DNA from: Octopus bimaculoides
Taxonomy: Eukaryota
Reading direction: 5' to 3'
Assembly (NCBI RefSeq): GCF_001194135.2
Contig: NC_068995.1
Span: forward strand, 16,516,165 to 16,580,164
DNA length: 64,000 nt
The translations under genes were made by a program, and so were the position numbers. This document shows positions 39,166-52,704 of this stretch, one piece after another (position 1 is the stretch's first letter; every line of letters starts with the position of its first letter). The notes below the pieces were generated by a model. That model made no database searches. It saw nothing but the letters and a program-made list of their open reading frames with translations, and was not told the origin of the DNA.

Positions 39166-42100
39166 TATATATATACAGGCCTATACATACATATATATGT
39201 GTCTGTGTGTGTGAGTGCGTTTGTATGTGCATATCATCGTCATTTAACATCAGTCTTCCATGCTAGCATGGGTGAGACTATATATATATATATATATATA
39301 TANNNNNNNNNNATATATATATATATATATATATATCTACACACACACGCACATGTACATATATATGTATGTGTGGAGTGTGTGTTTTTATATGTATATA
39401 TGTATAAATATATGTGTGTGTGTGTGTGTGTACATACATGCATAACATACATTTATATTTATGTTCTTGTGTATCTATTACAGTGAAACAAGCAAAAAGA
39501 GGTTGTTATCATTTAGACATGATGGATGTTCCATAAATATGATAGTAATTTTAGAGTGCAGCACTGGCAGGTCTGCTATGATGTCAACTGGTGACAAAAT
39601 CCCTGAGAAAGTGGAAAGAGAAGGAGAAAAAAAATGAATTGTGCCAGTGAGGGCAGCAGTTTGATAGTGGACACTAATAGCAATCCTTGTAAATTTATCT
39701 CCAGTGACTGGACACAGCAATATCACTCCAACCCCCTGATATGATGATGAATCAGTATTCCATCATTTCTGGTTCCCTTTCTGTCAGTCTGTCTGTCTGT
39801 CTGTCTCTCTCTCTCTGTCTCTCTGTCTCTCTCTCTCCCTCTCCCTCTTCCTTCCTTGTTATCTGCAATCCAGGCAAAGTGCTCAATTGCTCACTGGCTG
39901 TCATACTTTACTGCCTGTTCTGATTAGTTGATTGGCAAGTTTCTCTTTCTGTCCATCCCTATCTTCTCTCTCTCTCTACCCCCTCCCCTCTCTCTCTCTC
40001 CCCCTATATATCACTTTTTTCTCTCTGTCTTTTTTTTTCTGTGTATTGTTTTCTTTCTCTCTCCATTTTTCTTCCTTTCTCTCAAAAAAAAAAATATATT
40101 ACAATATCACATACATCATGTTACATTCTCTTGTCTCATCATGCTGTAGTTTGGGTTAGTACAATTCTCTAAGTGCATTATTACTACCTTCCTTCCTTCT
40201 TTCCTTCCTTCCTTCCTTCCTACCTTCTTTATTTCTCTGTTGGTTGTACGAAGGTGTATGGTGATGGGCAGGGGTCACTGGAGAAAGTTTGAAGATATTG
40301 GAGTTTAGATTTATGACTCCAGCTTTCAGCTTAATGTTGATTTCTTACACACACACACACACACACACGATATTCACACATTTGCATCACACATTTACAG
40401 ACACACCCTCATTCATACCCCCACCATACACACAACTTTATATTTCTTAGATGGAGGGGGAAAATATCAAGATCTGGAATGCTCATAGTCTTTCCAAAAG
40501 CATTAGTTGTTATTTTGCAGACGAATGGTTAAAACTGCAAATCATAACCTCGGTAGAGTATTATGTTGCTGAACGTTCCTTAGATTTTATTATTCAAATC
40601 GATGATACATTGTTTTTGCTTTATATTATTATTTAATTTGTAATTGCCCCCTTCCCTAGACTTTTCTTATGCCCTTCATTCCCTATGAATGGCCAATGAT
40701 GACTTTTACCCACTCTTCTTGACTCTGGGCCTTTTCTACTTCTCTCGAGTTGGATCCATACTTTCCCATGCAGCTTTCGTTCAGATTTTGCTTTGCCATG
40801 TCATGTTTCCTTAAGAGAAGGCTTTGTTAGTTTTGAATTGCCTTCTATGTTTTTGTAACTTGATTTTTTCCAAGTAGACTTGTTGACCCCTACACAAACC
40901 CAATTTTACCTCTGGGATTTGGTGGTCTCTATCAGATTAGCATGTCATTTGATCTGTCTAGCATAGGTGGCCCTACCGAGAGCTTGTGCTCCACTAGCAT
41001 AGTCTCAGGGTCTTTGAGACATAAAAGTGACCAAACCACAACAAGAACTAGGCATTGTGGTGGAATCACCCCTCCTTCCCTATTGATAAATAAGACATGG
41101 ATGATCCAACAGCATTCAGATTGGTCTTTTGGAACTCTCTGTGCCTTGCTCTATGTAAGATAAGCTTCATTCAGCTCATCTTCACCTGTTCTGTGCCAGA
41201 TGTTACTGGTCATCCGGGCCTTTACTTCCCATGAAGTGCCAATCTTAATCTTACCTTTGGTATTCTATCTCCAACATGGGACTGAAGCCAAAACTATATG
41301 GCTGGGATGCATACTTCTTAACCTCTCTGCCTATGCCTGTCTTTTGTTTAAACTCTACTAGATCTATTAGATTATAAATTGAATATAGACATGTTACAGA
41401 GAGGTAATATTTATCCACACTTAAACATGGATGTTCTGTTAGAACAAACTTTTACCAATGTCATGGGAGAAATTTTCTCTTAACATCCACGTTTATTATT
41501 CATCCTCAGGCCAGCCACATTTCAATGCGAATAAATATTACTTCTTGGTATTAATACTGTCTCTAATATATATTTCTGTCACTTTAATATATTTTTTAAT
41601 AAGTTCACAGACTAGTAGCAACACCAGTGCCTGTTCTGGCACTGATTTTCTATATATGGCTGGTGGGAAGATGAGTCACTGCTGTCTCTAGTGATCAAGT
41701 GTCCATCATTGACAAGACAAAGGAAGGTCAAAATCACGTGATCTGGTGATCTCAGTACTGGATATGGTGAGGATTTATCTTCCCACTAACAATATAAACA
41801 AGTGTGCATTTTGCATCAAAAGCCAATGTGAGAGATTCTTTCATAGTGTCTACCAGAGTAAAGTTTGTTGTAGCAGAACACCCTCATTTAAGTGAGGATA
41901 AACATTATTAATACTGCCTCTGTTGCTAATATATAGATATGTCACAATACAGTTTATCAGGCATTAATGCCTTTTCAGTGTTTGCTTTTCTAGATTGAGA
42001 AGCCTGTCTTATAGCAGATTAACCCTGGACGACAGAAGCTTAAATGTAATAAATAATGTGGCAAATTTGAATATACAAACCCTACTGCTATAGATCGTGA

Positions 42101-42783
42101 TTTCACTTTCAACCAAAGCCCTAGAATAGCTTAAATTTTACATAATGAAAAATTGCCAATATACATCATTATTTCTTAAAGATGTACCAGTTAAATAATC
42201 TCTCCTGATATATCCTGTCCTGATATAATGTGAATTTGTTTTTTGTGTCCTGATGTTGAGATGTGATTGTATGTTACTTGTGCTATAGTTTTACTTAACA
42301 GCCTGAGGTTAAAGTAGACTCTGTACACAATAACATGTTCTGTGAAGATTTGCATTCATGGGGATGGCCAGTATTACCATGTCTATAACATATTAGTAAT
42401 AATCTGATTTGTTCTGCTGATCTTATTTAAGAGAATAATTATGATAAAGCTGAATTATTGTTACGATGAAGCTTAATGCATAGAAATAGAGAAGTAGAAC
42501 AACAACTATATTAATTAGCATCCCAGAAAAAATGCAGTCAGTCTGCTCATTTACCATTATCATTCAATTTGATTATTGTAATTTGCTTAATTTAAAGTGC
42601 ATTGGATCTCAAATGTATTCTGAATATTGAATCAGGCTAAAACAAATAGTATTTCACAAAAGTTGAATGCGGTATAGTTCTATAGCTTTGGAGCAAGTGC
42701 TGAATCAGAATTCATAGCTTGCAAGCATTTAATTTAGAATGCATTGGGTCTCAGAAGTATTCTGGGTATTGGGTAAACCTTAA

Positions 42784-43006
42784 CCCTTTTGTTACTACAT
42801 TCTTCTTGAAACACACTACGTTTGTTTCAATTATCAATTAATTTTGAAAATGAATTTAGTACAGTAACTTGGTCATTATGAAGCTGGTATTTAGAACATA
42901 AAGGAACATAAAATTTGAATAGAAGGTTTTAGCTTAAATCACTTTTAAACAGAAACTTTGTATTGTAGAACCAGTGATGGTCGCTGGCTGGTTGGTATCA
43001 AAAGGA
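42784..43006. mobile_element. TTAA-flanked (piggyBac-like) MITE
   Basis: TTAA|CCCTTTTGTTAC ... GTATCAAAAGGA|TTAA. Confidence 0.7.
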
Positions 43007-43059
43007 TTAAATAATCTGTTCTTCATAATAGTGGAAGGCATTATTGTGTGATAATAATA

Positions 43060-43230
43060 AAGCATCAGGGCTGAAGGGTTAATAAGTTCACTTTGCAATT
43101 ACGAGGTCACAAGTTCAATCCTGCTATGTGGCATCTTGGGTAATTGACTTTTACTATAGCCTCAGGTTGAAGCAAAAATTGTTAGTGATGCTAGGTGGTG
43201 GGGGAGTACTGTGAGGAAGCCAGATAGATG
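43060..43230 (+). mobile_element. SINE family C 5' part, diverged
   Basis: tRNA-like head, GTGGCATCTTGGG...CTATAGCCTCAGG. Confidence 0.6.
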
Positions 43231-43329
43231 GATGGAGGGATGGTACCTGTAATTTAAAGATACCACCTTGTAACATACTGTGTCATATTCACCCTGCTTG
43301 AGAATTACATTAAAGTTCTATATGTCTGT

Positions 43330-43560
43330 GAATGTCAAGCGATGTTGGGGGGACAAACACACACAAACACACACACACACACACACACACATACATATAT
43401 ATGACAGGCTTCTTTCAGATTTCATCTACCAAATCCACTCAGAAGGCTTTGGTCAGCCCGAGGCTATAGTAGAAGACACCTGTCCAAGGTGCCACGCAAT
43501 GGGACTGAACCTGGAACCATGTGGTTGGTAAGCAAGCTACTTATCACCCAGCCATGCTTG
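43330..43560 (-). mobile_element. SINE family C
   Basis: Similar to 37780-37998. Confidence 0.8.
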
Positions 43561-43880
43561 CCCAAGATGCTGTTCCATCTCATTACGGTGTGGTTTGCAC
43601 TTTCAAATATCACCATGGGTAACTTCATCCTTCATCCTAAAAATATTTCTATTAAATTTTTATCAAAAACCATTTTATCCCACAGAATACCAAGGCTTTT
43701 TACACAGAACACACTGGTTCCTTGGAATCAACTGTGAGAAACATTGGTTTAAATGATTATATCAACACAATATTTATTTCATTTTTCAGCTTGCTACTTA
43801 TTTTCTTGGATTTTATTTCATCAAATCTACAATTAAGATGGATTTTTACACATGCGTTTTCTTTTTCTCTTGTGTTTTAG

Positions 43881-44076
43881 ACAAGTTCTACAGGATATGG
43901 TTACACTAATATTTGATGGAGTTCTTGACTGCTATGAACATCTCTTGAAGAACACACATACCAAACATTTGCCACTTACTCCTGACACGTTGGCTCTTAA
44001 TCAACAGAGGGCCCTTCAGCTTCTGTTTGACCTCAAGTTCATTGCTTTAATTATTCCACCTAAAGGAGACAAAACT
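43881..44076 (+). CDS. COG1: COG1 internal coding exon (phase 2 in, phase 0 out): QVLQDMVTLIFDGVLDCYEHLLKNTHTKHLPLTPDTLALNQQRALQLLFDLKFIALIIPPKGDKT
   Basis: Polypyrimidine tract CTTTTTCTCTTGTGTTTTAG acceptor and ACT|GTAAGT donor. QRALQLLFDLKFI matches the COG1/Vps51-family motif (human NRALQLLYDLRYL, recalled). Confidence 0.88.
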
Positions 44077-44359
44077 GTAAGTTCTGAGCATTTCCTTGTG
44101 TCTGTTTTACCTCTTCCATTTCACTATCTTCTATTAATTTGTAGTATCTTGATCCCATTTTCTTTCTTTGTTTTATTGTTTGTTTGTTTGTTTAAGGACT
44201 TTCCCTTTCCTAATCCCATTTTATCTTTCCCCTTTTCACACTTTACTCCAACCTGTTTCTCCTTTTTGATTTTGCATCTTATCTCTAATACTTTCTCTAT
44301 CTCTTTCTTCTTGCCCCATCCATTGTCTCTCTCCCTGTGTGTATATATACATATATACA

Positions 44360-44407
<48 letters not shown>

Positions 44408-44519
44408 TGCATACATGTATATACATACACAATGCAATCACACAAACATGTGTGTTCACTTGTGTTTCTGTCATTAGTCATAGAAAGTTCCAGAAGGTAC
44501 TAATTATCAAATAAACTTA

Positions 44520-44880
44520 ATAATGAATATTCTCCACCTCATCAATATTATAATTTTCATCATCTTCATCTTCACCACCATCATCGTGATCATAACCTCC
44601 ACAGGCTTCTGATACCACCCCCACCACCCAACCATCATCATCACCATTATCTTCATCATAACCATAACTACAACCACCACCACCACCACCACCATTGGCG
44701 TCATCATCATCATTACTATTATCATGATCATATCCTCCACCAGTCCCTGATACCCTCCCCCCCATTATCATCATTATCTTCATCATGACCATAGCTGCAA
44801 TCATCATTATCATCATCCTTATTGTCGCCATCATCATCTTCATCATTATCATCATTGTAGTTGTTGTCGTCATCATTATC
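44520..44880. repeat. Degenerate (CAT/CAC)n tract with an internal duplication
   Basis: Trinucleotide low-complexity sequence. TCATA(A/T)CCTCCAC...TGATACC occurs twice. Confidence 0.85.
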
Positions 44881-46499
44881 ATTTTTGACTGGTAGTACTT
44901 ATGTTACTGGTGGTGGTGGTGTTGATGCTGTTTACGGATTTCGGTGGTGGTCTACTAAAACTGAAACTGCCATGTTGCCGTGTAACACAGGCAACAATAA
45001 CCATATTAGGAAGTAGTTTGAATAGTTTCAGTCACCCAGTTTTTGTCTCTCATTTAGTTTGATGCCGCATTTCGGTTGGTTACTGTGGCATCAGATTAGA
45101 TAGATAGGCTCTTCAGATCAGTTTTCTTTTCCTTCGTAATTACCTTGCATACCACCAGCTTGATGCTTTCTTTTATTTATTCATTTATTTATTTGTTCTC
45201 AATGGAGAGGATTCATCAATAGAGCGAGGACGGGCAGTACAGTTGTAGTTGTAGTCACAGCATAGATAGCGATAGTAATTATATATTGAACTTTTTTTTT
45301 TCTTTTTCTTTTTTTTGTGTGTATTTCTTAAGCAAGCTCACCCTAAACCGTCTTAGAATTTTAATTCATTTCAACAATTTGATCTCTAAGTTTGATGTAG
45401 AGGTGTCATTGCTAAAGGTCGAAATTTTAATCTAGAATAACTTTCTGGAAAATGAGATATTTTATTAGATGTTTTATAAATATTTCAACAAGAACGTTTG
45501 AAGATCTGGCAGAGTTCCTATCTAGTCGTAGTTGTAAGTTTATTTAATCATTTTAGTTTTAATTTACTCAGCAGTTCCTATGATTGTATCAGCTATACAC
45601 AGATTCTTTTCTTCTGAAGCCCCTCTACTGCCCCTATCACCACTACTGCAATAGCTCACCCCCTTTTTTTTTTTTTATTACCAAGTTCATATTCTGAATT
45701 ATCTAATTTATTTTTTCTTCTATCTATTGTTTATTTATTTAATAATTTTTTCCCCCTTTTTCAAAAAAAAATATATATTTTATTTTTATTCATCAGTGAG
45801 GTTGCTACCAAGGAAGAACATCCAAACTATAACATGAGACTTATGTTTGCAATCTTCCTTTCTTTCTGAATTTAATGAGAGAATGAACAATTTCTTTATC
45901 TTGGTTCCCTCTCTGCTGTTATACATGCCATAATGCCTATAGTTTAACTGTTAGCTTTTGCATCAAGTCAGAAGATAGCCTTTGGTTAAATCATCATAAT
46001 TTTATATCCATTTTTCTTTCATGCTATCATGAGTTAGATAGAAATATAAAGTATAAATGTGTAGAAAATCTTATATTAATTTTTTTTTTATTAGTACTTC
46101 TTTGGCAAGAAATTTCATCTGATATTGTTTGTTGGAACTAAGACAATTGCAGTTTGGTAGCATCTATGAAAACCGCACACACACACACACACACACACAC
46201 ACTGATATTTTGAGTTATTCAATTGTGTGTGTGTATGTGTGTGTGTATTCATATCATCATATCATTGTTGTGAATGCATTATCATTCACTTTTCCATGCT
46301 TGCTTGGGTCATACAAAATTTATAGAGACAGTTTTTTCTACAGCTTGATGCCTTTCTGTTGCCAATCTTCACCTATTCCTATGTTAGGTAAAATTCTTCA
46401 TGACCAGATGTGTTTTCACAAAAGATTGGGAATGATGGACACTGCTTGCACAATGGTGACGTTTGTTTACAGCTATCACATGCAGTCAAAGTTTCGGTA

Positions 46500-46538
<39 letters not shown>

Positions 46539-46606
46539 NNNNNNNNNNNNNNNCACACACACACACACACACACACACTCACATGCTCACACACACACTC
46601 ACACTT

Positions 46607-46642
<36 letters not shown>

Positions 46643-46889
46643 TATTAACCACATATACTTAATCTATATAAGTTGCGTGTATTTGGTGGGAGGCTGCTAC
46701 AGGGTATGTGATGTTGACAAGACACAAAAATAGTGAAACATCAATGTTCTTCACTCCTAGATGGAATTGGAGGTGAGTTGTCTCACCTGTCCATGACTCT
46801 AAGGTGTTCTTACACCTAGTGCTTTGAGAGATTATTCTCCACCACACCAACAGCAGCTTACTGGCAAATACATGAAGTATATGCATTGA

Positions 46890-47330
46890 GTATATGCATA
46901 GAAAAGTGTGCGAGGAATCTTAATCCTAATTTCCTAATTTTTCCCTTCTATCAATGTTCACAGAACACCTCAACACAACAAAGAATGAATAAAGAGTCAA
47001 TTTTCATTAATAAGCATCTTCCCTGACTAAATATGAACACATAACATAATATAGAACATTACTAATCTCCCATTTAATACCACAAACCCCCATACATCCC
47101 ATACACCATTCACATTACACATCCAGATCTACCCTAATTTCACCAAATCCACAACTACTTACCTCCCTTAGACATAATCTTTTTACTAAGGGACTAATAG
47201 ACTTGACACCGTTCAGAATTCGGTATGTACTCAAAGCAATGACTATGAATATTACGAAACCGGTGTGCTTTTAAATCTCTTTAACAACTCACAATAATGA
47301 CTTTTATTACCTTTATTCCTACCTCAATTC
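46890..47330 (+). mobile_element. Penelope-like element 3' end: GIY-YIG endonuclease C-terminus plus pLTR with a hammerhead relic
   Basis: 46898-47044 translates IEKCARNLNPNFLIFPFYQCSQNTSTQQRMNKESIFINKHLP*LNMNT*, matching the R..KE..FI.K..P.LN motif. A C/A-rich 3' region and AAAGCA...GAAACCGGT...TGCTTT follow. Confidence 0.7.
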
Positions 47331-47477
47331 ATCTAATTGTACATATCTATCGTTACTTTTCATAAAAGGCCTTAACTTTTTTTGATTTCCAATGTGCATT
47401 TTCGCTTATTTTTCTGCTTACTTACCCCTTACATTTCCACGTGTAGTTTCTATTTTGTTTTTGTAACATATTTCTAT

Positions 47478-47508
<31 letters not shown>

Positions 47509-47802
47509 TGACAGATAGATAAATAGATAGACAGATAGATATATGCACATACATATATCTAAATATATGAAACAAGAGGTAAAATGGATAAATAAATCCA
47601 GACGGATATCTAGAAAACACTCAGTGTTAAGTGAACTTGTCTAACTATATCAAACAATCAGCTTCCAATATGTATGTATGTGTAATATAGAATAATTCAT
47701 CAGATTTTGTTGCATTTTGATTCATTTAATGTTTAATATTTGTGTTGTGAATGTGCCAAAGTAAATGTGTAATTTTGTAACTTCATATCTGTTTCTTTTC
47801 AG

Positions 47803-47928
47803 GTGAACGTGAAGAATCGGATCAAGAAAATAATGGATCAACTCGAAGAATACATTGATCCTTTTGATCTTGACGTATTTACTCCGTATGTACAGTCTCA
47901 TTTACAGAAGACCTCACAGAGAACTATG
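47803..47928 (+). CDS. COG1: COG1 internal coding exon (phase 0/0): VNVKNRIKKIMDQLEEYIDPFDLDVFTPYVQSHLQKTSQRTM
   Basis: GTTTCTTTTCAG acceptor and ATG|GTAAGA donor. IDPFDLDVFTP is the signature COG1 motif. In frame with the previous exon. Confidence 0.93.
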
Positions 47929-48371
47929 GTAAGATTAACTGTTCACCACATCCAAGATACACTGAAGTTTCAATCATACAACATTAATCATAGAATATCC
48001 AGAAGATCAATTGTTTTCCAGCCATACAAGATCATTCAATAATTGTGTTGTTGATTGGGTATTTATATTCCGTTACAGAATGCATTTCTCTTGGTAGATT
48101 TTTACTGAATGTGTGTGGATTTGTTATTTGAATGGTTTTATCGTAGATTTATATGTAAATCTCTTGGAACTTTGTTGCTCTACTTGTTTCTGGTCTGTCA
48201 TAAAAGAACACTTGCTAAATACTATTTGATATAAGCCATTTATCATATTTCTTGTATGTAGTATCAGTCATGAAGTGTAGCAATAAATAGCATATATATA
48301 ATGTATATTGACTTCAGTAAGTTCAAGTCAATATACTCTGTTTATAATATCATATCTAATAATTAACTATA

Positions 48372-48530
48372 ACAAGGCATAGGAATGGCTCTGTGGTTAA
48401 AAAGCTTGCATCATAACCATGTGCTCTTGGGTTCAATCTCAATGTGCAGCAACTTTAACTATCTTCCTCTACAGTTGTAGGTCTGTTAAAGCCCTGTGAA
48501 TGGATTCGGTAGATAAAAAGTGGAAGATGA
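48372..48530 (+). mobile_element. SINE family C 5' part
   Basis: GGCTCTGTGGTTAAAAAGCTTGC...GGGTTCAATC...GGATTCGGTAGAT. Confidence 0.65.
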
Positions 48531-48989
48531 CTTTTACACACATACACGCATGCATGCACTCTCTCTCTCTCTCTATCTATCTATCTCTCTCTCTCTCACA
48601 CACACACACATATTTATTTATTTATTATTCTTAAACATGAATGTTGTTCTCATTGTCTTTGAAGTTTTGCCCAGCTAAACCTTCAACAGACTGCCCATCT
48701 GAGTAACCCATCAGATTAATGTAACATTGTTTTTATTATAACTGGACCCCCCCCCATTAATGCATGCATGTGTGTGTTTGTGTATACTCTTGTCTTGACA
48801 TTAGATGATGGCTGTAAATGAGCACTACCCACAAACAAGTGACGCTGCTTATTCCTAGTCATGAAACAGGTCAGGCTTGGTGCCCAGAAGAGCATCTGGC
48901 TGTAGACAATCTGCCTCAATAAATTCCATCTGATCCATGTTAAGTCAGAAACAAAGAGCTGTACCGATGTTTTCTGCTTGCCTCATTAA

Positions 48990-49420
48990 TCAATCAGATT
49001 CATGCTGTTATCTTTTGTTACTTAAATGTTGCTATTCAACAGTTTCAATAATGACATGTTCTGGGTAGGATTTTCAGAGGGATGATAACCTGGGGAAGAA
49101 GGAATGGGCACAGAGGTTGGGGCTGAAGGTAGATACAACATGGATGGTGAAAGGAAAAGAAATAAGTGAGTCAAAATTCCTAAGAAAGGGAGCTGAGGAT
49201 ATTGTAACTGCGGCAGAAAAAGCACAGAGAAGGGACACTGTTTGTGGATCAGAGGCTACAATGGATGATGTGATGCTAATCAGTTGAGTAGGTTTTTAGA
49301 TATGGGACAGTACTTCACTGTGGGTCTCACTTATGTTTTGTAGAGCCTTTCTAGCTGTTTGAAGGATGAAGCATTTTCTGCTTTTGAAAACAAGGTCAGT
49401 CTGGCAATTTGCTGTGCTTG
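48990..49420 (-). mobile_element. Possible decayed CR1/L2-like LINE fragment (pre-RT region)
   Basis: Weak minus-strand resemblance to the region preceding the KA.GPD motif; many disablements. Confidence 0.25.
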
Positions 49421-49439
49421 AGAAGACATGGCTAGTGTT

Positions 49440-49630
49440 GATGACATGTAAAAATGCACTCGTGCTGGTGACATGTAAAAGGCACCACTACATGCCATCA
49501 GGAAGGGCATGAAGCCAAACCAGACTGGAGCCTGATACAGCCCTCCGGCTTACCTGTTCCAGTCAAACTGTCTAACCTATGCCAGCATGGAAAATAGACA
49601 CTAAATGACAATGATGATGATGATGATGAT
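49440..49630 (+). mobile_element. SINE family A, diverged
   Basis: Tail CCTATGCCAGCATGGAAAATAGACACTAAATG(ATG)n. Confidence 0.7.
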
Positions 49631-50417
49631 GTTAAGGACACATAAGTCCCCCAGTGATTGCAAGGCCTAGCATTTGGAGCAACTATGAGGGCTTTGGTTA
49701 TTTGATTCTTATATTTGCTAGAGTATGAGAGATAATGACATTTTCTGTGGCATGTGCAGTGATATTATTATTTGACTGACTCAAATTTGGTCTTATTTGT
49801 AGTAGAACTTATGTGAATAATGTGCATCGCCTTTAAGCTTAACATGATTTATATACATACATACATACATATAGGCCATTCCCCACCCCCAGTATAAACT
49901 CACACTTGCACATTGTACCCCTACACACACTGTAGCATGCGCACAAAGTCCCCATGGCTTAAATATAGAAAGAAAACACACTAATGAACATAGTTGTATA
50001 TGTCTACACTCCCTGCAAAAGTTATTCACATAGTACCACTACACATACCCACTTTGCGCAAGAACACCAACGTGAAAGATGTACTCATTTCTCACAAACA
50101 CTTCAGGATGGCTCTTACCAACACGCAGCATAACCAGCCAGTGGTGATGTTTCGGTACCAAGGGACATAAATCTTAATTTAATCCCCTTACTCATTTCAT
50201 CATCTTTTTACAGCAACCACAAACCGGATGTGTCCATTCACCTCCAACAGTAGAGAGTAGTCACCATATTTAATTCCATATTGGCTACTTCTGATGAGTG
50301 TAGGGTTATATAATCAGATTGTTACCTAACAGTCCATTGTACCCCTAGCATGAAGCTGATTGGTAAGATCAGCCATGATGGATGTATAATACTGTACACT
50401 TTGGATAATATATATAT

Positions 50418-50452
<35 letters not shown>

Positions 50453-52142
50453 AGAGAGAGAGATCAACTGTTCATGTTTTGAATATTTTCAATATGCATG
50501 TTTCAGCCTATTTTGCATGAAAGAACAAGTAGAATTCATCTTCAGTTGCAAAATTCTAGTAAAGTGCATCCCTTCTAAGTTTAGCACAAAATATATGTAC
50601 GCACACACACATTTATATAAGTGGTTGGCATTACGAAGGGCATCCAGCCATAGAAGTCATGCTAAATCAGACCGGAACCTTGTGCAACCCTACGTGTTGT
50701 CAGTTCTATTCAAACTATCTAACCCATGCCAGCATCAAAAGTGGACTCTAAATGATGATGGTGATGATGATGCTCAAATGGTACTTATTTTAGTCACCAA
50801 GGATGAAAGGCAAAATCAACATCAGTGGAATTTGAACTCAGAGCAAAGCCAGAGAAATACTGCTACACATTTTGCCTTTCGTGCTAATGATTCTTCCAGC
50901 TCACTGCTTTAGCCACAACAACAACAATAATAATAGTAATTTATATTTTCATTGGCATCCTCTGACAATGGGATGGGAAATAAACTTACCAAATTTTCTC
51001 CACTAATATCTGTTATTGCAAATACCTTTAGCTCTGTTGTTTTATTATTAAAAACAAAATACAAGAAAGGTAAATAAATAAAATAAAATGTGAAACAAAA
51101 CAAAAAAAAAATCAATCTTTGCCCCAGAAAAAGACCAATAATTTGACGAACATTACAAATCTTACTCACTGTTTTATTATCACCAGCTGGGAATAAGGCT
51201 TATTAAAGAGTTGGCGAATAACTTTATATATATCCTTATGTCTTCATTATATATGTATTCGTTTTATATGTGTATATATATATGTATGTATGTATGTATA
51301 TTCTTTTACATACATATATATAAGAATATATATTCTGATATACATTCATATATATGAATATTCTTTTTACTATTATTATTAACAGAACTTTCTAATAATT
51401 TTTCAGTCCAGTGGAAGTTATGTAGGACATCCTCCCCACCACCACCACCACCTCTTTCTGACTATTTTCCTTTCTCTGTTCTTGGAGACTGTCCACTGAA
51501 GATCCTAGTTATATCTAATGACTGACATTTTTGCAAGGCGTCTCCCGCATCACATCCTGCCCTGTTCCTTCCTTTGTAATTGTACTAAATTGCCAACCTT
51601 GTTTGTGAGATAAATTATTTCTAATTATATATACTGATGTTCGAATTGTAAATTCTCTAATTGCTGGAATACGGTTGTTCTGTTTGAAACGTACTGCTTT
51701 GTTCAGTTCCCAGTGTCTTGTCTCTCTTGCCACTCTCTTCTCAGCCAACGGAACACACTGTGTTCCTCCGAAGAAAGCCAGTAAAGCTAGCTGTCTCTGT
51801 ATAGTTCCTGCTTGATCTCGTCAGTTATTAACATGAAATTACAAAGTACTATTTTTCTAATGGCAAAAACGTAGAATGTCATGCGACGAAGGGTCATGAT
51901 CTGAATATTGCTGTTCAGCATGACTAGAAAGAGTCTGGGCTATTAAATCTGCTTTTCTCTCTGTCCATCTGTTTATCTGCCGGTTTATTTTTCTCTCTCT
52001 CTCTCCACCCTTTCTCTCAGTCACTGTCTATCTAACTCACTTTCCTCCTTCTCCTCCTCTTCCTCATCATCTTTACCATTTTCATTTTGCTATTTTTTTC
52101 CATATGCTGTCTTCATTATTATTATTATTATTATTAGTGTTG

Positions 52143-52572
52143 TTGAGGCAGCAAGCAGAATTGTAAATGTGCCGGCCAGAATGCTTAGCAGTATTTCTTT
52201 CAGCTCTCTATGTTCTGAGTTCAAACTTTGCCAAGAGCAACTTTGATATTTATCCTTTTGGGCTGATAAAATATGTACCAGCTGAACACTGGTATTGATG
52301 TAATCAATACCACTAAAATTGCTGGCCTTACTGCCAAAATTTGATACCCTCATTATTATTAATATTAGCCAGAGGAATATACAGAAGCTTTAAAGCATTG
52401 GACAAAATACCTAATGGTAATTGTTCTTGTTCTTTGCTTTCTGATTTCAAATCCTGCCATAGTCATCCTAGCCCTTCATCCATTCAGGTACCATTTGAGT
52501 ACTGGGGGTTGATGTAATCATCTAGCCCCACACCTTTTCCAAAATTTCAGGCCTTGTGCCTATAAGAGAAAA
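52143..52572 (+). mobile_element. Two head-to-tail SINE family B copies within (ATT)n
   Basis: Family-B head and core motifs at ~52143 and ~52370. Confidence 0.75.
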
Positions 52573-52704
52573 ATATTATTATTATTATTATTATTATTAT
52601 TTTGCAAAACCCTTTGTTTTTATCGTTCTGTGTTTGTCCTTACATGTTTTGATTTATATTAGCCCTTGTGGCCAATAAAACCAGAATTAATTATTTATTA
52701 TTAT

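Noticed and set aside
43881-43893. Alternative acceptor CTACAG at 43893
   Set aside because: It is 13 nt downstream of a much stronger acceptor and would shift the frame relative to it; no evidence of use.
43852-44514. 220-aa ORF as a single-exon gene
   Set aside because: Only 43881-44076 is COG1-like and bounded by splice sites. The rest is intron read-through. The same holds for ORFs 47803-48042 and 62843-63289.
44517-44882. Asp/Gly-rich or Met-rich minus-strand ORFs
   Set aside because: Products of a degenerate (CAT)n tract.
51515-51748. 77-aa non-repetitive minus-strand ORF
   Set aside because: Short, no recognisable domain, no supporting splice or promoter context.
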